From contig JABHRR010000075.1 in assembly GCA_018670095.1 (NCBI GenBank), positions 1 to 52,154 of the forward strand: 52,154 nucleotides of DNA. The letters are read 5' to 3'. The notes under the pieces are model-generated. The model ran no database searches and had not been told where the DNA came from. It was given only the letters and a program-made list of their open reading frames with translations. Within the stretch, counting starts at the first letter, position 1, and each line of letters begins with the position of its first letter. Made by a program: the position numbers and the translations under genes. Shown piece by piece: positions 25,079 to 35,360 of this stretch. The DNA comes from Candidatus Woesearchaeota archaeon (lineage in GTDB: Archaea; Nanobdellota; Nanobdellia; Woesearchaeales; GW2011-AR9).

Positions 25079-27277
25079 ATGGCAGAAAAAATGGTTGAAA
25101 AGGTTATGAGGTTAGCTCATAAACCAGATCAAATTAGAAATATCGCTATCTGTGCACATATTGATCACGGGAAGACAACTTTCTCTGATAATTTATTAGC
25201 AGGAGCAGGAATGATGAGTGAAGTAGACGCAGGTAAAGCTTGTAAACTTGACTTTCATGAGGACGAACAGGAACGAGGAATTACAATTGACTCAGCTTCC
25301 GTATCAATGGTTCACGTCTTAAATGATAAAGAATACTTGATCAATTTAATTGATACTCCTGGCCACGTAGATTTTGGTGGCGACGTAACTAGAGCAATGC
25401 GAGCAGTTGATGGAGCAGTAGTTTTAATTTGTGCTTCTGAAGGAGCAATGCCGCAAACAGAAACTGTTTTACGTCAAGCTTTGAAAGAAAGAGTTAGACC
25501 AATTCTTTTCATCAACAAAGTTGATAGACTAATTAAAGAATTAAAACTTACTCCTGAACAAATGCAGCAGAGATTTATTAAACAAATTGCTGACGTTAAT
25601 AAGATTATTCGAAACGTTGCTCCAGAAGAGTATAAAGAATTGTGGCAAGTTGGTATTGAGAAAGGTACTGTTGGTTTCGGTTCTGCTTTTCATAACTGGG
25701 GAATTAGTTTACCTTACATGCAGAAGAAAGGGATTACTTTCACAGAAATAATTAACGCTTACTCAGGTACTGATGAAGAGATTAAAGCAAACGTTATAAC
25801 TTTGGCAAAAAGAGCACCAATTCATGAAGTTGTTTTGGACATGTCAGTTTTGCATCATCCTAATCCTGTCCAGGCTCAGAAATATCGGATTCCAAAATTA
25901 TGGCAAGGCGATTTAGAATCTGCTGACGGGAAAACGTTAATGAACTGTGATCCTAACGGAAGATTATTTTTTGTAATTACTAAAGTAGTTGTTGATCCGC
26001 AAGCAGGAGAAATTGCTGCCGGAAGATTGTTCGGTGGAACAATGAAGAAGGGAGAAGAAGTTTGGTTGAACATGTCAAAATCTGCAGGAAGAATTCAGCA
26101 AGTATACATTTACAACGGAGCAAAGAAAGAAATTGTTGATAATGTTCCTGCTGGAAATATTATCGGTGTTGGCGGTTTAAGAGCTGGTATGCCTGGTGAA
26201 ACTGTTACTTCTGGTGGAAAAACTGAACCTTTTGAAAAGATTTCTCATCTTTTTGATCCAGTAGTTACTAAGGCTATTGAAGCAAAGAGACCTTCAGACC
26301 TACCAAAACTTATTGAAGTTTTGCGTCAAGTACAAAAAGAAGATCCGACTATTGTTGTTGAGATTAACGAAGAAACTGGCGAGCATTTGTTGCACGGAAT
26401 GGGCGAATTACATTTGGAAGTTATTGAAAACAGAATTGTTAAAGAGAAAGGTGTAGAAGTAAAAACATCTCCTCCAATTGTTGTTTATCGTGAAGCGATT
26501 ACTAAAGAAAGTCCCCAAATTGAAGGGAAGTCTCCTAATAAACACAATAAGCTTTATTTCAGAGTTGAACCTTTGGACGATGAGATTGTTAAAGGTATTA
26601 AAGCAGATAAAATGGGCCATGGCCGATTCAAAAAGAAAGATGAACATGTAATGTCTTTCTTGAGAGATGAATGTGATTGGGATACAAAAACTGCTCAAAG
26701 TGTTAGAGCAGAATGTAACGGTAATATTTTCATGGATAACACTCGTGGTATTGTTCACATTAACGAAATCATGGAACTTTTACTTGATATGTTTGAAGAT
26801 GTTATGAAAGCTGGTCCTTTAGCAAAAGAACCTTGTGTTAATGTTAAAGTTCGATTGATGGACTGTACTTTGCACGAAGATGCAATTCATCGTGGTCCTG
26901 CGCAAATGTACCCTGCAATTAGAGAAGGTATTCGGGGCGCAATGATGGAAGCTGGTCCTTTACTTTACGAACCATTGCAAGTAACTAGAATTGAAGTTCC
27001 TACCGAGTATGTTGGTGAAATTTCTAAATTGGTTTCCAGTAAAAGAGGACAATTATTGGAAATGAATCAAGAAGGCGACATGACTGTAATTGTTGCTAAG
27101 TTACCTGTTGGTGAATTGTTCGGTTGGAGTAACGCTTTAAGATCTGGAACTGCTGGGCGTGGAAATTCTTCATTAGTTGATCAGAGTTTCGAAATGTTAC
27201 CAAGAGAATTACAGGATAAAGTCCGATCTCAGATTGTTGAGAGAAAAGGATTGACTGCTGGTAATCTAGGGGCTTAG
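25079..27277 (+). CDS. fusA: Translation elongation factor aEF-2
   Basis: AHIDHGKTT, DTPGHVDF, INKVDR. 732 aa, full length. Confidence 0.95.
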   Translation: MAEKMVEKVMRLAHKPDQIRNIAICAHIDHGKTTFSDNLLAGAGMMSEVDAGKACKLDFHEDEQERGITIDSASVSMVHVLNDKEYLINLIDTPGHVDFGGDVTRAMRAVDGAVVLICASEGAMPQTETVLRQALKERVRPILFINKVDRLIKELKLTPEQMQQRFIKQIADVNKIIRNVAPEEYKELWQVGIEKGTVGFGSAFHNWGISLPYMQKKGITFTEIINAYSGTDEEIKANVITLAKRAPIHEVVLDMSVLHHPNPVQAQKYRIPKLWQGDLESADGKTLMNCDPNGRLFFVITKVVVDPQAGEIAAGRLFGGTMKKGEEVWLNMSKSAGRIQQVYIYNGAKKEIVDNVPAGNIIGVGGLRAGMPGETVTSGGKTEPFEKISHLFDPVVTKAIEAKRPSDLPKLIEVLRQVQKEDPTIVVEINEETGEHLLHGMGELHLEVIENRIVKEKGVEVKTSPPIVVYREAITKESPQIEGKSPNKHNKLYFRVEPLDDEIVKGIKADKMGHGRFKKKDEHVMSFLRDECDWDTKTAQSVRAECNGNIFMDNTRGIVHINEIMELLLDMFEDVMKAGPLAKEPCVNVKVRLMDCTLHEDAIHRGPAQMYPAIREGIRGAMMEAGPLLYEPLQVTRIEVPTEYVGEISKLVSSKRGQLLEMNQEGDMTVIVAKLPVGELFGWSNALRSGTAGRGNSSLVDQSFEMLPRELQDKVRSQIVERKGLTAGNLGA

Positions 27278-27278
27278 A

Positions 27279-27300
27279 TTTTTCTTTTTTTTCTTTTTCT
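27279..27300 (+). terminator. Oligo-T archaeal terminator after aEF-2
   Basis: tttttcttttttttctttttct directly follows the stop. Confidence 0.55.
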
Positions 27301-27398
27301 TAATACTACTTCTACAACATACATGTTAGAATATATAGAAAGCTTTATAAAAGAATTCGGGCAAAAACACTTTCGCCCTTTAAAAAAGGACATAAATT

Positions 27399-28532
27399 AT
27401 GTCACCTACAAATACAACTGGAATAGAACAAATGTTTGATTCATCTAGAACACCTTATCAACTTCCTGATCCTACAAGCATTCTTGATCCAGATGTATTT
27501 AGGGCTGTGTTTGGACGTTCTCTTGATTCTGGTTCATTTGGCACTATAACCCAAAGTCCTAATGGAGGTGTCCGTAAAGTTTTAGCATTTAGTGAAACAC
27601 CGCTAGTTGATTTAGAAGGAATTCATCAAAATGTTAAAATATCTCATTTTAATGACAAAAATTACATCTTACAAAAAGATGACATTTCATTAAAATTCTC
27701 CCTTTCAGAAAGAAACCATTTGCATGTTGTTGGTGGTATTATCGAGGGAGTAATTTTACGTTCATTGCAAAATATTGAAGGTGTGGTTTCTTATCATGAT
27801 CGAACTTTTACTGTTGTTAATGGACACATTTTCATGTCTACAGAAATGGACAAAGCTCCTGGAAAGACTACTGATGAACTTGCGAAAGAAGGGATGACTT
27901 TGGAATCCGCATTAAAGATTTCTTATGATACTGCGTCAACTCTTCAACAAATTCATGGTCAAGATATTATTCATGGCGATATCACCCCTAAAAATATCAT
28001 GTCTGATGGCCAAACAACAACTCTTACTGATTTTGGCAATTCACGAGTTATTGGGTTAGATTTGTACCCTAGCCTTCCTTATCGTGAGGATAATGAAAAG
28101 TCTTATGTTGTTAGTTTTGCAAATGACCTTCCTCTGGTTGGTACTCCTGATTATTTTGCTCCTGAAACATTTTTTACTGGTTCTTCAGTTTCTGGCGATA
28201 TTTATTCTATGGTTACTACTACTCTTGATTGGACAACTGGTGTGGTTGTTGCCCCTAAAATTAGAGAAGAAGGATGGTCTACCGAAATTTATCAATCAAC
28301 TAAAAAAGCAATGATTGAAAGTGATGTTCCTCGGCCTGTTCGTCAAGCAATTTTATTTAACCTATCTACAAATCCTGAAAATAGAAATTTAGAACTTTTT
28401 ATTTCTGCTTTAGGTACTTCTTTGGGTGCAGAATTACCCGCCGGTGTTAGGCCTTATTCTTGTCCTTCCGTTTTTGCCCAGACACAACTGTCAGAATATT
28501 CTCGTGAACTAGCAAAAACAATAATCTTATAA
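27399..28532 (+). CDS. Hanks-type (eukaryotic-like) Ser/Thr protein kinase
   Basis: VRKVL (Lys), IIHGDITPKNIM (HGD in place of HRD), LTDFGNS, VGTPDYFAPE, DIYSM. Confidence 0.75.
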   Translation: MSPTNTTGIEQMFDSSRTPYQLPDPTSILDPDVFRAVFGRSLDSGSFGTITQSPNGGVRKVLAFSETPLVDLEGIHQNVKISHFNDKNYILQKDDISLKFSLSERNHLHVVGGIIEGVILRSLQNIEGVVSYHDRTFTVVNGHIFMSTEMDKAPGKTTDELAKEGMTLESALKISYDTASTLQQIHGQDIIHGDITPKNIMSDGQTTTLTDFGNSRVIGLDLYPSLPYREDNEKSYVVSFANDLPLVGTPDYFAPETFFTGSSVSGDIYSMVTTTLDWTTGVVVAPKIREEGWSTEIYQSTKKAMIESDVPRPVRQAILFNLSTNPENRNLELFISALGTSLGAELPAGVRPYSCPSVFAQTQLSEYSRELAKTIIL

Positions 28533-28577
28533 TTTTCTTACACAAAATTAATAAATAAAACTCATCCTTGACTAATT

Positions 28578-28808
28578 ATGAAATACTTAGTATCATTGAC
28601 GGCAGCGGCAACAATTCTTTTAACACAAAGTTGTTTAGAACAGAGGGTTGACGAATATCAAGTTCCTCCACAATTAAATACGGACGCGAAAGGAATGGTT
28701 CTTACTTCTGAACAACCCGATGTTGAACCTGTTGTTAGTCCTCAGACAGAAAAAGATCTTAAATTGCTTCTTTATAGTATTACTCCTGTTCATGATAATT
28801 ATTATTAG
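28578..28808 (+). CDS. Small lipoprotein-like protein
   Basis: MKYLVSLTAAATILLTQSC signal with Cys. 76 aa. Confidence 0.4.
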   Translation: MKYLVSLTAAATILLTQSCLEQRVDEYQVPPQLNTDAKGMVLTSEQPDVEPVVSPQTEKDLKLLLYSITPVHDNYY

Positions 28809-28920
28809 GGTAGATTCTTAAAAAATTTCTCTTATTTCTAACCAAAACCTTTATAAATAACCTCAATAAAAAACTATTAAACTAATCATCCTAATTATAG
28901 GAAGAAATTGGAGGAATAAA

Positions 28921-30213
28921 ATGGCAAAAGAAAAAGAACATATTAATTTAGTATTCGTTGGTCACGTAGATCACGGTAAATCAACTACTGTAGGTAGATT
29001 ATTGTTTGACTCAGGTAATGTAGACGAGCAAGCAATGAGAAAATTAAAAGAAAAAGCTGAACAACTTGGTAAGAAAGGTTTCGAATTTGCTTTCGTTATG
29101 GATAATCTGAAAGAAGAACAGGAACGTGGAGTTACTATTGACTTGGCTCATAAGAGATTTGATACTGATAAGTATTACTTTACAATTATTGACGCACCTG
29201 GTCACAGAGACTTTATTAAAAACATGATTACTGGTGCTGCTCAAGCAGACTGTGCAGTTTTAGTTGTAGCTGCTAATGACGGTGTTAACGCACAAACTAT
29301 TGAGCATTTGAAATTAACAAAAATTTTCGGTGTTGGACAATTAATCGTTGCTGTTAACAAGATGGATATTTCTGGAGTAGACTACTCTGAAGACAGATAT
29401 AAAGCTGTTGTAGAAGAAGTTAAGAAAAACGCAACTCAAGCTGGTTGGGACGTTTCAAAAGTAGCTTTCTTACCTATTGCTTCTTTACCTGGGGATAATA
29501 TTGTTAAAGGTTCAGATAAGATGGCTTGGTGGACAGGCGACTCTTTATTACAAGCAATTGATAAGTTTGAAGTTCCTCAAAAACCAACTGACTTACCATT
29601 AAGACTTCCTTTACAGGATGTTTACAATATTACTGGTATCGGAGTTGTTCCTGTTGGAAGAATCGAAACTGGTGTTATGAAGATTGGTGACAAAGTTATT
29701 GCTGTTCCTGGAAGAGAAGGTAAAGGCGTTCCTGGAGAAGTTAAATCTATTGAGATGCATCACGAACAAGTTAAAGAAGCTGGTCCTGGTGACAACGTTG
29801 GATTTAACGTACGTGGATTCGGAAAGAAAGATATTGCTCGTGGAGATGTTATCGGCCCTGCTGACAATGTTCCAAGTGTAGCTACTGAATTTACTGCTCA
29901 GATTGTTATCATGTCGCATCCAAGTGTTGTAACTGTTGGTTATACTCCGGTATTCCATATTCATACAGCTCAGGTTGCTTGTCAGTTTGTTGAGATTATT
30001 AAAAAATTAGATCCTGCAACTGGTAACGAAGTTACTGAAAACAAAGACGTTTTAAGAAACGGAGATGCAGCAATCGTAAGATTGAGACCTGTACAACCTC
30101 TTGTAATTGAGAAAAACTCAGAAATTCCGCAAATGAGTAGATTTGCAATCCGGGATTCTGGTGTTACTGTTGCAGCTGGGATGTGTCAGGAAATAACTCT
30201 GAAAGAAATGTAA
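28921..30213 (+). CDS. tuf: Translation elongation factor aEF-1alpha
   Basis: [23 protein letters not shown] ggagg upstream. Confidence 0.95.
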   Translation: MAKEKEHINLVFVGHVDHGKSTTVGRLLFDSGNVDEQAMRKLKEKAEQLGKKGFEFAFVMDNLKEEQERGVTIDLAHKRFDTDKYYFTIIDAPGHRDFIKNMITGAAQADCAVLVVAANDGVNAQTIEHLKLTKIFGVGQLIVAVNKMDISGVDYSEDRYKAVVEEVKKNATQAGWDVSKVAFLPIASLPGDNIVKGSDKMAWWTGDSLLQAIDKFEVPQKPTDLPLRLPLQDVYNITGIGVVPVGRIETGVMKIGDKVIAVPGREGKGVPGEVKSIEMHHEQVKEAGPGDNVGFNVRGFGKKDIARGDVIGPADNVPSVATEFTAQIVIMSHPSVVTVGYTPVFHIHTAQVACQFVEIIKKLDPATGNEVTENKDVLRNGDAAIVRLRPVQPLVIEKNSEIPQMSRFAIRDSGVTVAAGMCQEITLKEM

Positions 30214-30239
30214 TTTTTTTTTTTTAACCCTTTTTTTTT
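30214..30239 (+). terminator. Double oligo-T terminator after aEF-1alpha
   Basis: T12-aaccc-T9 starts at the stop codon. Confidence 0.6.
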
Positions 30240-30325
30240 CTTTAGGGGAAAAGCTTATAAATGACCCGAAACCCGGGTTAATAGAAGCATGGTGAAGAAA
30301 TTTACCCTGTAATAAATATATAAAA

Positions 30326-30640
30326 ATGGCGCAAAGAGCAAGAATAAAATTAGCAAGTATTGATATTAGTAAAATCAATCGAATTTGTACTGATATTAAA
30401 GAGATAGCTGATAAAACAGGAGTTGAATTACGCGGACCTATTCCTTTGCCCACAAAAAAATTAAAAGTTACCACTCGGAAATCTCCTTGCGGTGATGGAA
30501 AAGCTTCTTGGGAACGTTATGAAATGCGGATCCATAAAAGATTAGTTGACATTTCTGCCGATGAAAGAACTTTGAGATTGGTTATGAGAGTACCAATTCC
30601 AGAAAATCTTAATATCGAGATTGAAATGGTTGATGTTTAA
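30326..30640 (+). CDS. rps10: Ribosomal protein S10
   Basis: ARIKL.S.D...L...C..I...A.KTGVELRGPIPLPTKKL...RKSPCGDG..SWERYEMRIHKRL. Confidence 0.9.
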   Translation: MAQRARIKLASIDISKINRICTDIKEIADKTGVELRGPIPLPTKKLKVTTRKSPCGDGKASWERYEMRIHKRLVDISADERTLRLVMRVPIPENLNIEIEMVDV

Positions 30641-30681
30641 AATTAATTCTAAAATTTTTATGAAAGAATAAAAAAACAATT

Positions 30682-31470
30682 TTATATTGTTCGTTGATCT
30701 AAGTGAGAATTAACTTTTCCTGCTAAATAAGTATACAATGGTCTCATTTTTTTAATATCTTCTTCTTGATGTCCAATTAAAGCTTCTGATAAAGTTTCAA
30801 TATAATGTGTTCTTTCTCCAATAGGAACCGTAGCTGGTGGCAAATTATTTTCATATAATATTCTGTTTTGTAACAATCTTGACGTTCTTTTATTACCATC
30901 ATATTTAAGTGGTTGAATTCCGGCAACTCTTAAATGTAAATATATTGCTGCTTCTATGGGATTACTTATTGTTTTTACTTCTTCAAATAATTTTGTCATT
31001 AACTCTGGAACTTTTCTTGCATTTGGAGGTGTATATCCTGGGATTCCTAAAGTAACAGAACCAGTACGATATCCTTCATTATTACCAAGTACTAGGTTTC
31101 CTAAATTTTGAGCTTGTTCATTATCTGGTTCAACAATATTACCTAAATCAACAATTAATTTATGGTTTAAATTATCTGATAATTGTGGATATGCTCTTAG
31201 AAATTTCCAAGCAAGTTTAACTCTTTTTGCTCCTGATCTGGATTCTCTTTTTAATGCTCTTTTTATCTCTCTTTCACTTTTTCCTATTGTAAAAATCTTT
31301 CTTTTTAAAGCAGGAAATTCTAACCACCAAGAATGAAGATTTGTTAAATCTATTAAATCTTCTTCGTGTTTTTTTTCCATACCTAAATTATACTCTTGAC
31401 TTTTTTCTTTAAGAGCTAATTTTTGATAGATCTCTTCGCATAATTCCGGAATGATATTATCAAGCATCAT
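30682..31470 (-). CDS. Fic/Fido-domain protein with degenerate active-site motif
   Basis: AAIYLHLRVAGIQPLKYDGNKRTSRLLQN aligns to HPFx(D/E)GNGRxxR, but His is replaced by Gln and GNGR by GNKR. Confidence 0.6.
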   Translation of the reverse strand: MMLDNIIPELCEEIYQKLALKEKSQEYNLGMEKKHEEDLIDLTNLHSWWLEFPALKRKIFTIGKSEREIKRALKRESRSGAKRVKLAWKFLRAYPQLSDNLNHKLIVDLGNIVEPDNEQAQNLGNLVLGNNEGYRTGSVTLGIPGYTPPNARKVPELMTKLFEEVKTISNPIEAAIYLHLRVAGIQPLKYDGNKRTSRLLQNRILYENNLPPATVPIGERTHYIETLSEALIGHQEEDIKKMRPLYTYLAGKVNSHLDQRTI

Positions 31471-31537
31471 AACTGGTTATGGATATTTACAGTTTATAAA
31501 TCTTTCTATTGTTTTGTCACTTTATAGTAAAGAAAAG

Positions 31538-31643
31538 CGCCACCACCCGGATTTGAACCGGGAATTCCATAAGGAACTGGTTATCAAGACTTGCTATAAA
31601 CAAGTTTCAAGACCAGCGCAATACCGGATTATGCGACAGTGGC
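31538..31643 (-). tRNA. tRNA-Ser(UGA) with 23-nt intron
   Basis: Acceptor GCCACTG/TGGTGGC. Anticodon stem CTGGT/ACCAG, loop CTTGAAA. Long variable arm TTCCTTATGGAATT. T-arm CCCGG-TTCAAAT-CCGGG, G73, then CTTTTC. No encoded CCA. Confidence 0.8.
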
Positions 31644-31680
31644 AATAAAGTAATAAAGAATTAAAGTAATTTATAAACGT

Positions 31681-31962
31681 TTAGGTTTTATTTAACAGTT
31701 CAAATGCTTGATACTCAGGAGTTTCTAAAGAATAAGATTCTTCTCCTAAAACTAAAATCCCAAAATGAGTAGCACCAACTTTATTCCAAGTATTATTATC
31801 TTTCTGATAATGAGAATACATCCTTTTCCCATCAACAACTGCTGTTAAAGTTAGAATCTCTTCTACAAAGGCATGAGCAGAATAATTTATTGTGTCTCCT
31901 TGATCAGGAAGTTTTATTTTTCTTCCGTTTTCATCATTCTCTATTCTCAGTTCTAATTTCAT
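31681..31962 (-). CDS. Hypothetical protein
   Basis: 93-aa ATG-started ORF. No motif recognised. Confidence 0.5.
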   Translation of the reverse strand: MKLELRIENDENGRKIKLPDQGDTINYSAHAFVEEILTLTAVVDGKRMYSHYQKDNNTWNKVGATHFGILVLGEESYSLETPEYQAFELLNKT

Positions 31963-32006
31963 TTTACTATCTAATATAATAAAGAATATATAAATTTAAT
32001 GAAAGA

Positions 32007-33896
32007 TTACCTTATCCTTATAGTTTCCAGATTCTTTGGAGCGGTAGTTTCAATCCTGTATTGTTTGTGAATGCTACTTGCTAAATCTAAACATCTACTA
32101 GATTCACCGTGCATTAAAATAACTTTTCTTGGATTAGGATTACATCTCTTGACATAATTCATCAACTGTTTTCTATCAGAATGGTTAGTAATCTCTACTT
32201 TGTGCACTTCCATATTAATTTTCAGAACTTGTTGTTTACCTTCTTCTCGCATCATAATTTCGGTTTCTCCACCTCTGACTCGGTGTCCTAAACTGCCTGG
32301 TGGTTGATAACAAGAAAAGATTAAACTGTGCTTTTTTCCTTCAGCTAATCTTTTAAGATATTCTACTGAAGGTCCACCTTGTAACATTCCCGATGTAGCC
32401 AGAATTAAACATGGTCCTTCAGAATTAATAACTTCTTCCCTTTCTTTCTTTGATCCTACTTTCTTAAATATTTCAGATAAGAACGGATTGTTTTCTTTAT
32501 GGAAAATTTGTTGTCTAATGTTTCTGTTTAAAAATTCAGGATAAGCAGTATGAATTGCGGTAATGTCATAAAGCATTCCATCCAAATAAACTGGACAGTT
32601 TGGAATCTTTTTTTCTCGCATTAACCTTTCAATAATAATCATTACTTCTTGTGCTCTTCCAGAACCAAGTACGGGCATTAGTGCTTTTCCGCCACGTTCA
32701 AAAGTTTTTTTAATTACATCAATCATATAATCATCGGCTTCCTGTTCGTTCATGATATTATCTCTACCACCATAAGTAGATTCCATGATTAAGGTTTCTA
32801 CTCTAGGGAATTGAGTATTAGCAGCTTCTAAAACGTTTGTTCTACCATACTTTAAATCGCCAGTGAAAACAACGTTGTGTAACCCATTTCCAATGTTTAA
32901 ATGAACTAAAGAACTGCCTAAGATATGTCCAGCATTGTAAAATGTTAATCTCACATCAGGAGTGATATCTGTTACTTCATCATAATCTACACAGACAGTA
33001 TGTAAAACAGTATTTCTAACTTCTTCACTAGAATAAATTGGTTCTTTCCCTTCATTTCTTTGAATTTTAATCATGTCTAATTGTAATAAAGACATTACAT
33101 CTCTTGTTGGTAAAGTACAATAAACTGGTCCTTTATATCCGTACTTAAACAGATATGGGATTAGTCCTGAATGATCTAAATGTGAATGGGTTACAATTAC
33201 TGCATCAATTTCAGAAATGTTAAATTCCGGTGCATCTAAGTAAGGATAAGATTCTGGTCCATCCTGACTAGGATCAATACCACAATCCATAATAATTCTT
33301 GATTCTGGTGTTTGTAATAATAAACATGCTCTTCCTACTTGTCTTGCTGCTCCTAAGAATGATATTCTTACCCATTCATGTTTCTTTTCTCTTAACCAGC
33401 CATCATAAATTCGATGTCCAGTTGTATCTAAAAACTTTTTACGATAATCTGCATTTTCGTATAGAACAGAACGAATACTTTCAGTTAATTTTGATCTTAT
33501 TGGCGGGTTTCTTTTGATTAATGGTACCCACATCGTTTTAGCTTTAATTTCTTTAAGAATTTCTCCTTGTTTGCCAATAACTACTCCTGGCTTGTCAGCA
33601 TGAATGATTACTTGTGATCTTGGTGCATCAAAAATGAATTCTTGTGCTCCAGCTTCATCTGGAATAATCTTTTTGATTGCTTTTTTAGCTTTTTCCATTT
33701 CCATACATACTGATGGGTCTGGCCTTAACTCAATTCTTTTCTTGAACTGTTTGACTGCTTCTCTGATTGTTCCTTTATTATTCAGGAAGTAATCTTTATC
33801 TTTAGTGTAAAGTACAATGTTTGCTGCTTCATACGCAGCATCAGAAATCTTACCTGCTGGTAAAATTTTGATTATTTCTTTTAATATATCTGCCAT
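32007..33896 (-). CDS. aCPSF1-type KH / metallo-beta-lactamase / beta-CASP ribonuclease
   Basis: KH-like N-terminus, HSHLDHSG and a beta-CASP region. About 630 aa, as in archaeal aCPSF1/FttA. Confidence 0.9.
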   Translation of the reverse strand: MADILKEIIKILPAGKISDAAYEAANIVLYTKDKDYFLNNKGTIREAVKQFKKRIELRPDPSVCMEMEKAKKAIKKIIPDEAGAQEFIFDAPRSQVIIHADKPGVVIGKQGEILKEIKAKTMWVPLIKRNPPIRSKLTESIRSVLYENADYRKKFLDTTGHRIYDGWLREKKHEWVRISFLGAARQVGRACLLLQTPESRIIMDCGIDPSQDGPESYPYLDAPEFNISEIDAVIVTHSHLDHSGLIPYLFKYGYKGPVYCTLPTRDVMSLLQLDMIKIQRNEGKEPIYSSEEVRNTVLHTVCVDYDEVTDITPDVRLTFYNAGHILGSSLVHLNIGNGLHNVVFTGDLKYGRTNVLEAANTQFPRVETLIMESTYGGRDNIMNEQEADDYMIDVIKKTFERGGKALMPVLGSGRAQEVMIIIERLMREKKIPNCPVYLDGMLYDITAIHTAYPEFLNRNIRQQIFHKENNPFLSEIFKKVGSKKEREEVINSEGPCLILATSGMLQGGPSVEYLKRLAEGKKHSLIFSCYQPPGSLGHRVRGGETEIMMREEGKQQVLKINMEVHKVEITNHSDRKQLMNYVKRCNPNPRKVILMHGESSRCLDLASSIHKQYRIETTAPKNLETIRIR

Positions 33897-33995
33897 TTTG
33901 TTTATTACCTTTTGTTTGTATATGTTTTCTTAAAATGTTTCTAAAAATTTGTTTATGATTAATATGAAAATAAATAAAATATAAAAATTAAAGAA

Positions 33996-34625
33996 TTATA
34001 AATTATAATCTAATTCTTTGTTCATCACCCGCTTGATTTCTTTGTTCTTAACAACGATAACATCAATTCCATTACCTGAACAAGAATCACGTTTTAAAGC
34101 AGTGTTAATTGCTTTAACAGCCATTTTAACTGCTTCATCTGTAGTCATGTCTGCTCTATATTGTGTTTCTAATACACCTAATGCAAAAACGCTTCCAGAT
34201 CCAGATGAGACAAAGTCTCTAATTGGTGTTACGCTTCCATCAGGGAAAAGATCGTATAAGTGTGTTCCTTTTTTATCTCTGCCACCTAATAAAAAATGAG
34301 CAATTCCAGGAATCATGCTTGGTCTTCTGATGTTTGAATATAATAAACCACCTAAAAGATTTGCTGCTTCTTTTGCAGTTGCTTTTTTGTTAGTTTTAAC
34401 TTCTTTCAATTTAAGTTCTGCTCTGATAAGTTTGATTAATAGTTGAGCGTCAGACACTCCACCTGCGATAGTTACCGCAAAATCATCATTTATCACATGA
34501 ACTTTTTCTGCTCTTTTGTCAACGATCATTGTTCCTGCAGTAGCTCTTTTATCTGCTGCTAAAACAATTCCATCTTCACAAGCTATTCCTACTGTTGTAG
34601 TACCAGTTTTTAATTGTTCTTCCAT
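33996..34625 (-). CDS. psmB: Proteasome beta subunit
   Basis: Propeptide MEEQLKTG followed by TTTVGIACEDGIVLAADKRAT. ATG 34625 is preceded by aggtg; the track start at 34634 is GTG. Confidence 0.9.
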   Translation of the reverse strand: MEEQLKTGTTTVGIACEDGIVLAADKRATAGTMIVDKRAEKVHVINDDFAVTIAGGVSDAQLLIKLIRAELKLKEVKTNKKATAKEAANLLGGLLYSNIRRPSMIPGIAHFLLGGRDKKGTHLYDLFPDGSVTPIRDFVSSGSGSVFALGVLETQYRADMTTDEAVKMAVKAINTALKRDSCSGNGIDVIVVKNKEIKRVMNKELDYNL

Positions 34626-34763
34626 ATTAGACACCTTCTATTAGAATGCATTATCACATCTATCATTTATTATAAGTTTAAAATAGTTAGGGTATATATA
34701 AAAGTTTCTGAAGGAAACCCCAGAAAAATTACATTTTTCTATATGATTTCTAAAATATAACAA

Positions 34764-35042
34764 TTAATTAAGCTGACCGTTAGAATCAGCTTCAAGTCCA
34801 GAATCATATTCTTCTTGTTTTCTTAATATGTGATATGCAAATACAGTCGCACTAACTGCAAAACCGTGATGTTCTTTTGGAAATGTAGCAATATAACTCT
34901 CTAATAAATCAATTAATAAAGGGTTGTTGCTCTTCATTTCTTCTCTTGTACAATCTAATTCTCTACCAACAAGAGGTTCTTTTGTTAATAAATCTACAAT
35001 CTCTTCAGTTACAATTGGTATTCTTGTTTTTTTAGGAGTCAT
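34764..35042 (-). CDS. Hypothetical protein (last gene of the small-protein operon)
   Basis: 92-aa ORF, 6 nt downstream of the previous stop. Confidence 0.5.
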   Translation of the reverse strand: MTPKKTRIPIVTEEIVDLLTKEPLVGRELDCTREEMKSNNPLLIDLLESYIATFPKEHHGFAVSATVFAYHILRKQEEYDSGLEADSNGQLN

Positions 35043-35048
35043 TATTAT

Positions 35049-35357
35049 TTATCTTTGTTCTTGTTGTTTTTGTTGTTTTAATACTACTTCTACCATAGCA
35101 TTATACTTACGTTCTTCTGCATCAGGTTCCATACTTTTATACTTATGATATAAATCCATTACATTCCATTCTTCTGCTCCAGTTTTGTAAATTGGTTGAT
35201 TAGTCATATAATCAGTTCCAACTTTGTCAGAAACAATCTTTTTCCCTTCTATTCTTCCATATAATTCTTCTTCTCTAAAACTTAAAGATTTGTTTCTAGC
35301 TTCCATTACTTCTAAAGCATCTTGAACTTTTATGTGTGTATACATTCTTTTTACCAT
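35049..35357 (-). CDS. Hypothetical protein, paralog of 35361..35717
   Basis: Shares ALEVME..N.SL....EE.....E......K(V/I)GTD(Y/F)(M/I)TNQP(I/V)Y with its neighbour. Confidence 0.55.
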   Translation of the reverse strand: MVKRMYTHIKVQDALEVMEARNKSLSFREEELYGRIEGKKIVSDKVGTDYMTNQPIYKTGAEEWNVMDLYHKYKSMEPDAEERKYNAMVEVVLKQQKQQEQR

Positions 35358-35360
35358 TTT

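Noticed and set aside
25876-26758. Antisense ORFs inside aEF-2 (25876..26073 and 26408..26758). Similar cases lie inside aEF-1alpha (29044..29244, 29611..29964, 29684..29881).
   Set aside because: They lie opposite or out of frame to highly conserved, motif-verified genes. Their products are low-complexity with no start context. These are typical shadow ORFs of an AT-rich genome. The same applies to most other track ORFs under 135 aa that overlap longer genes.
31451-31648. 65-aa plus-strand ORF covering the tRNA-Ser locus. Likewise 39041..39229 covers the aberrant tRNA.
   Set aside because: The sequence is fully explained by the tRNA genes on the other strand. Neither ORF has a promoter or SD.
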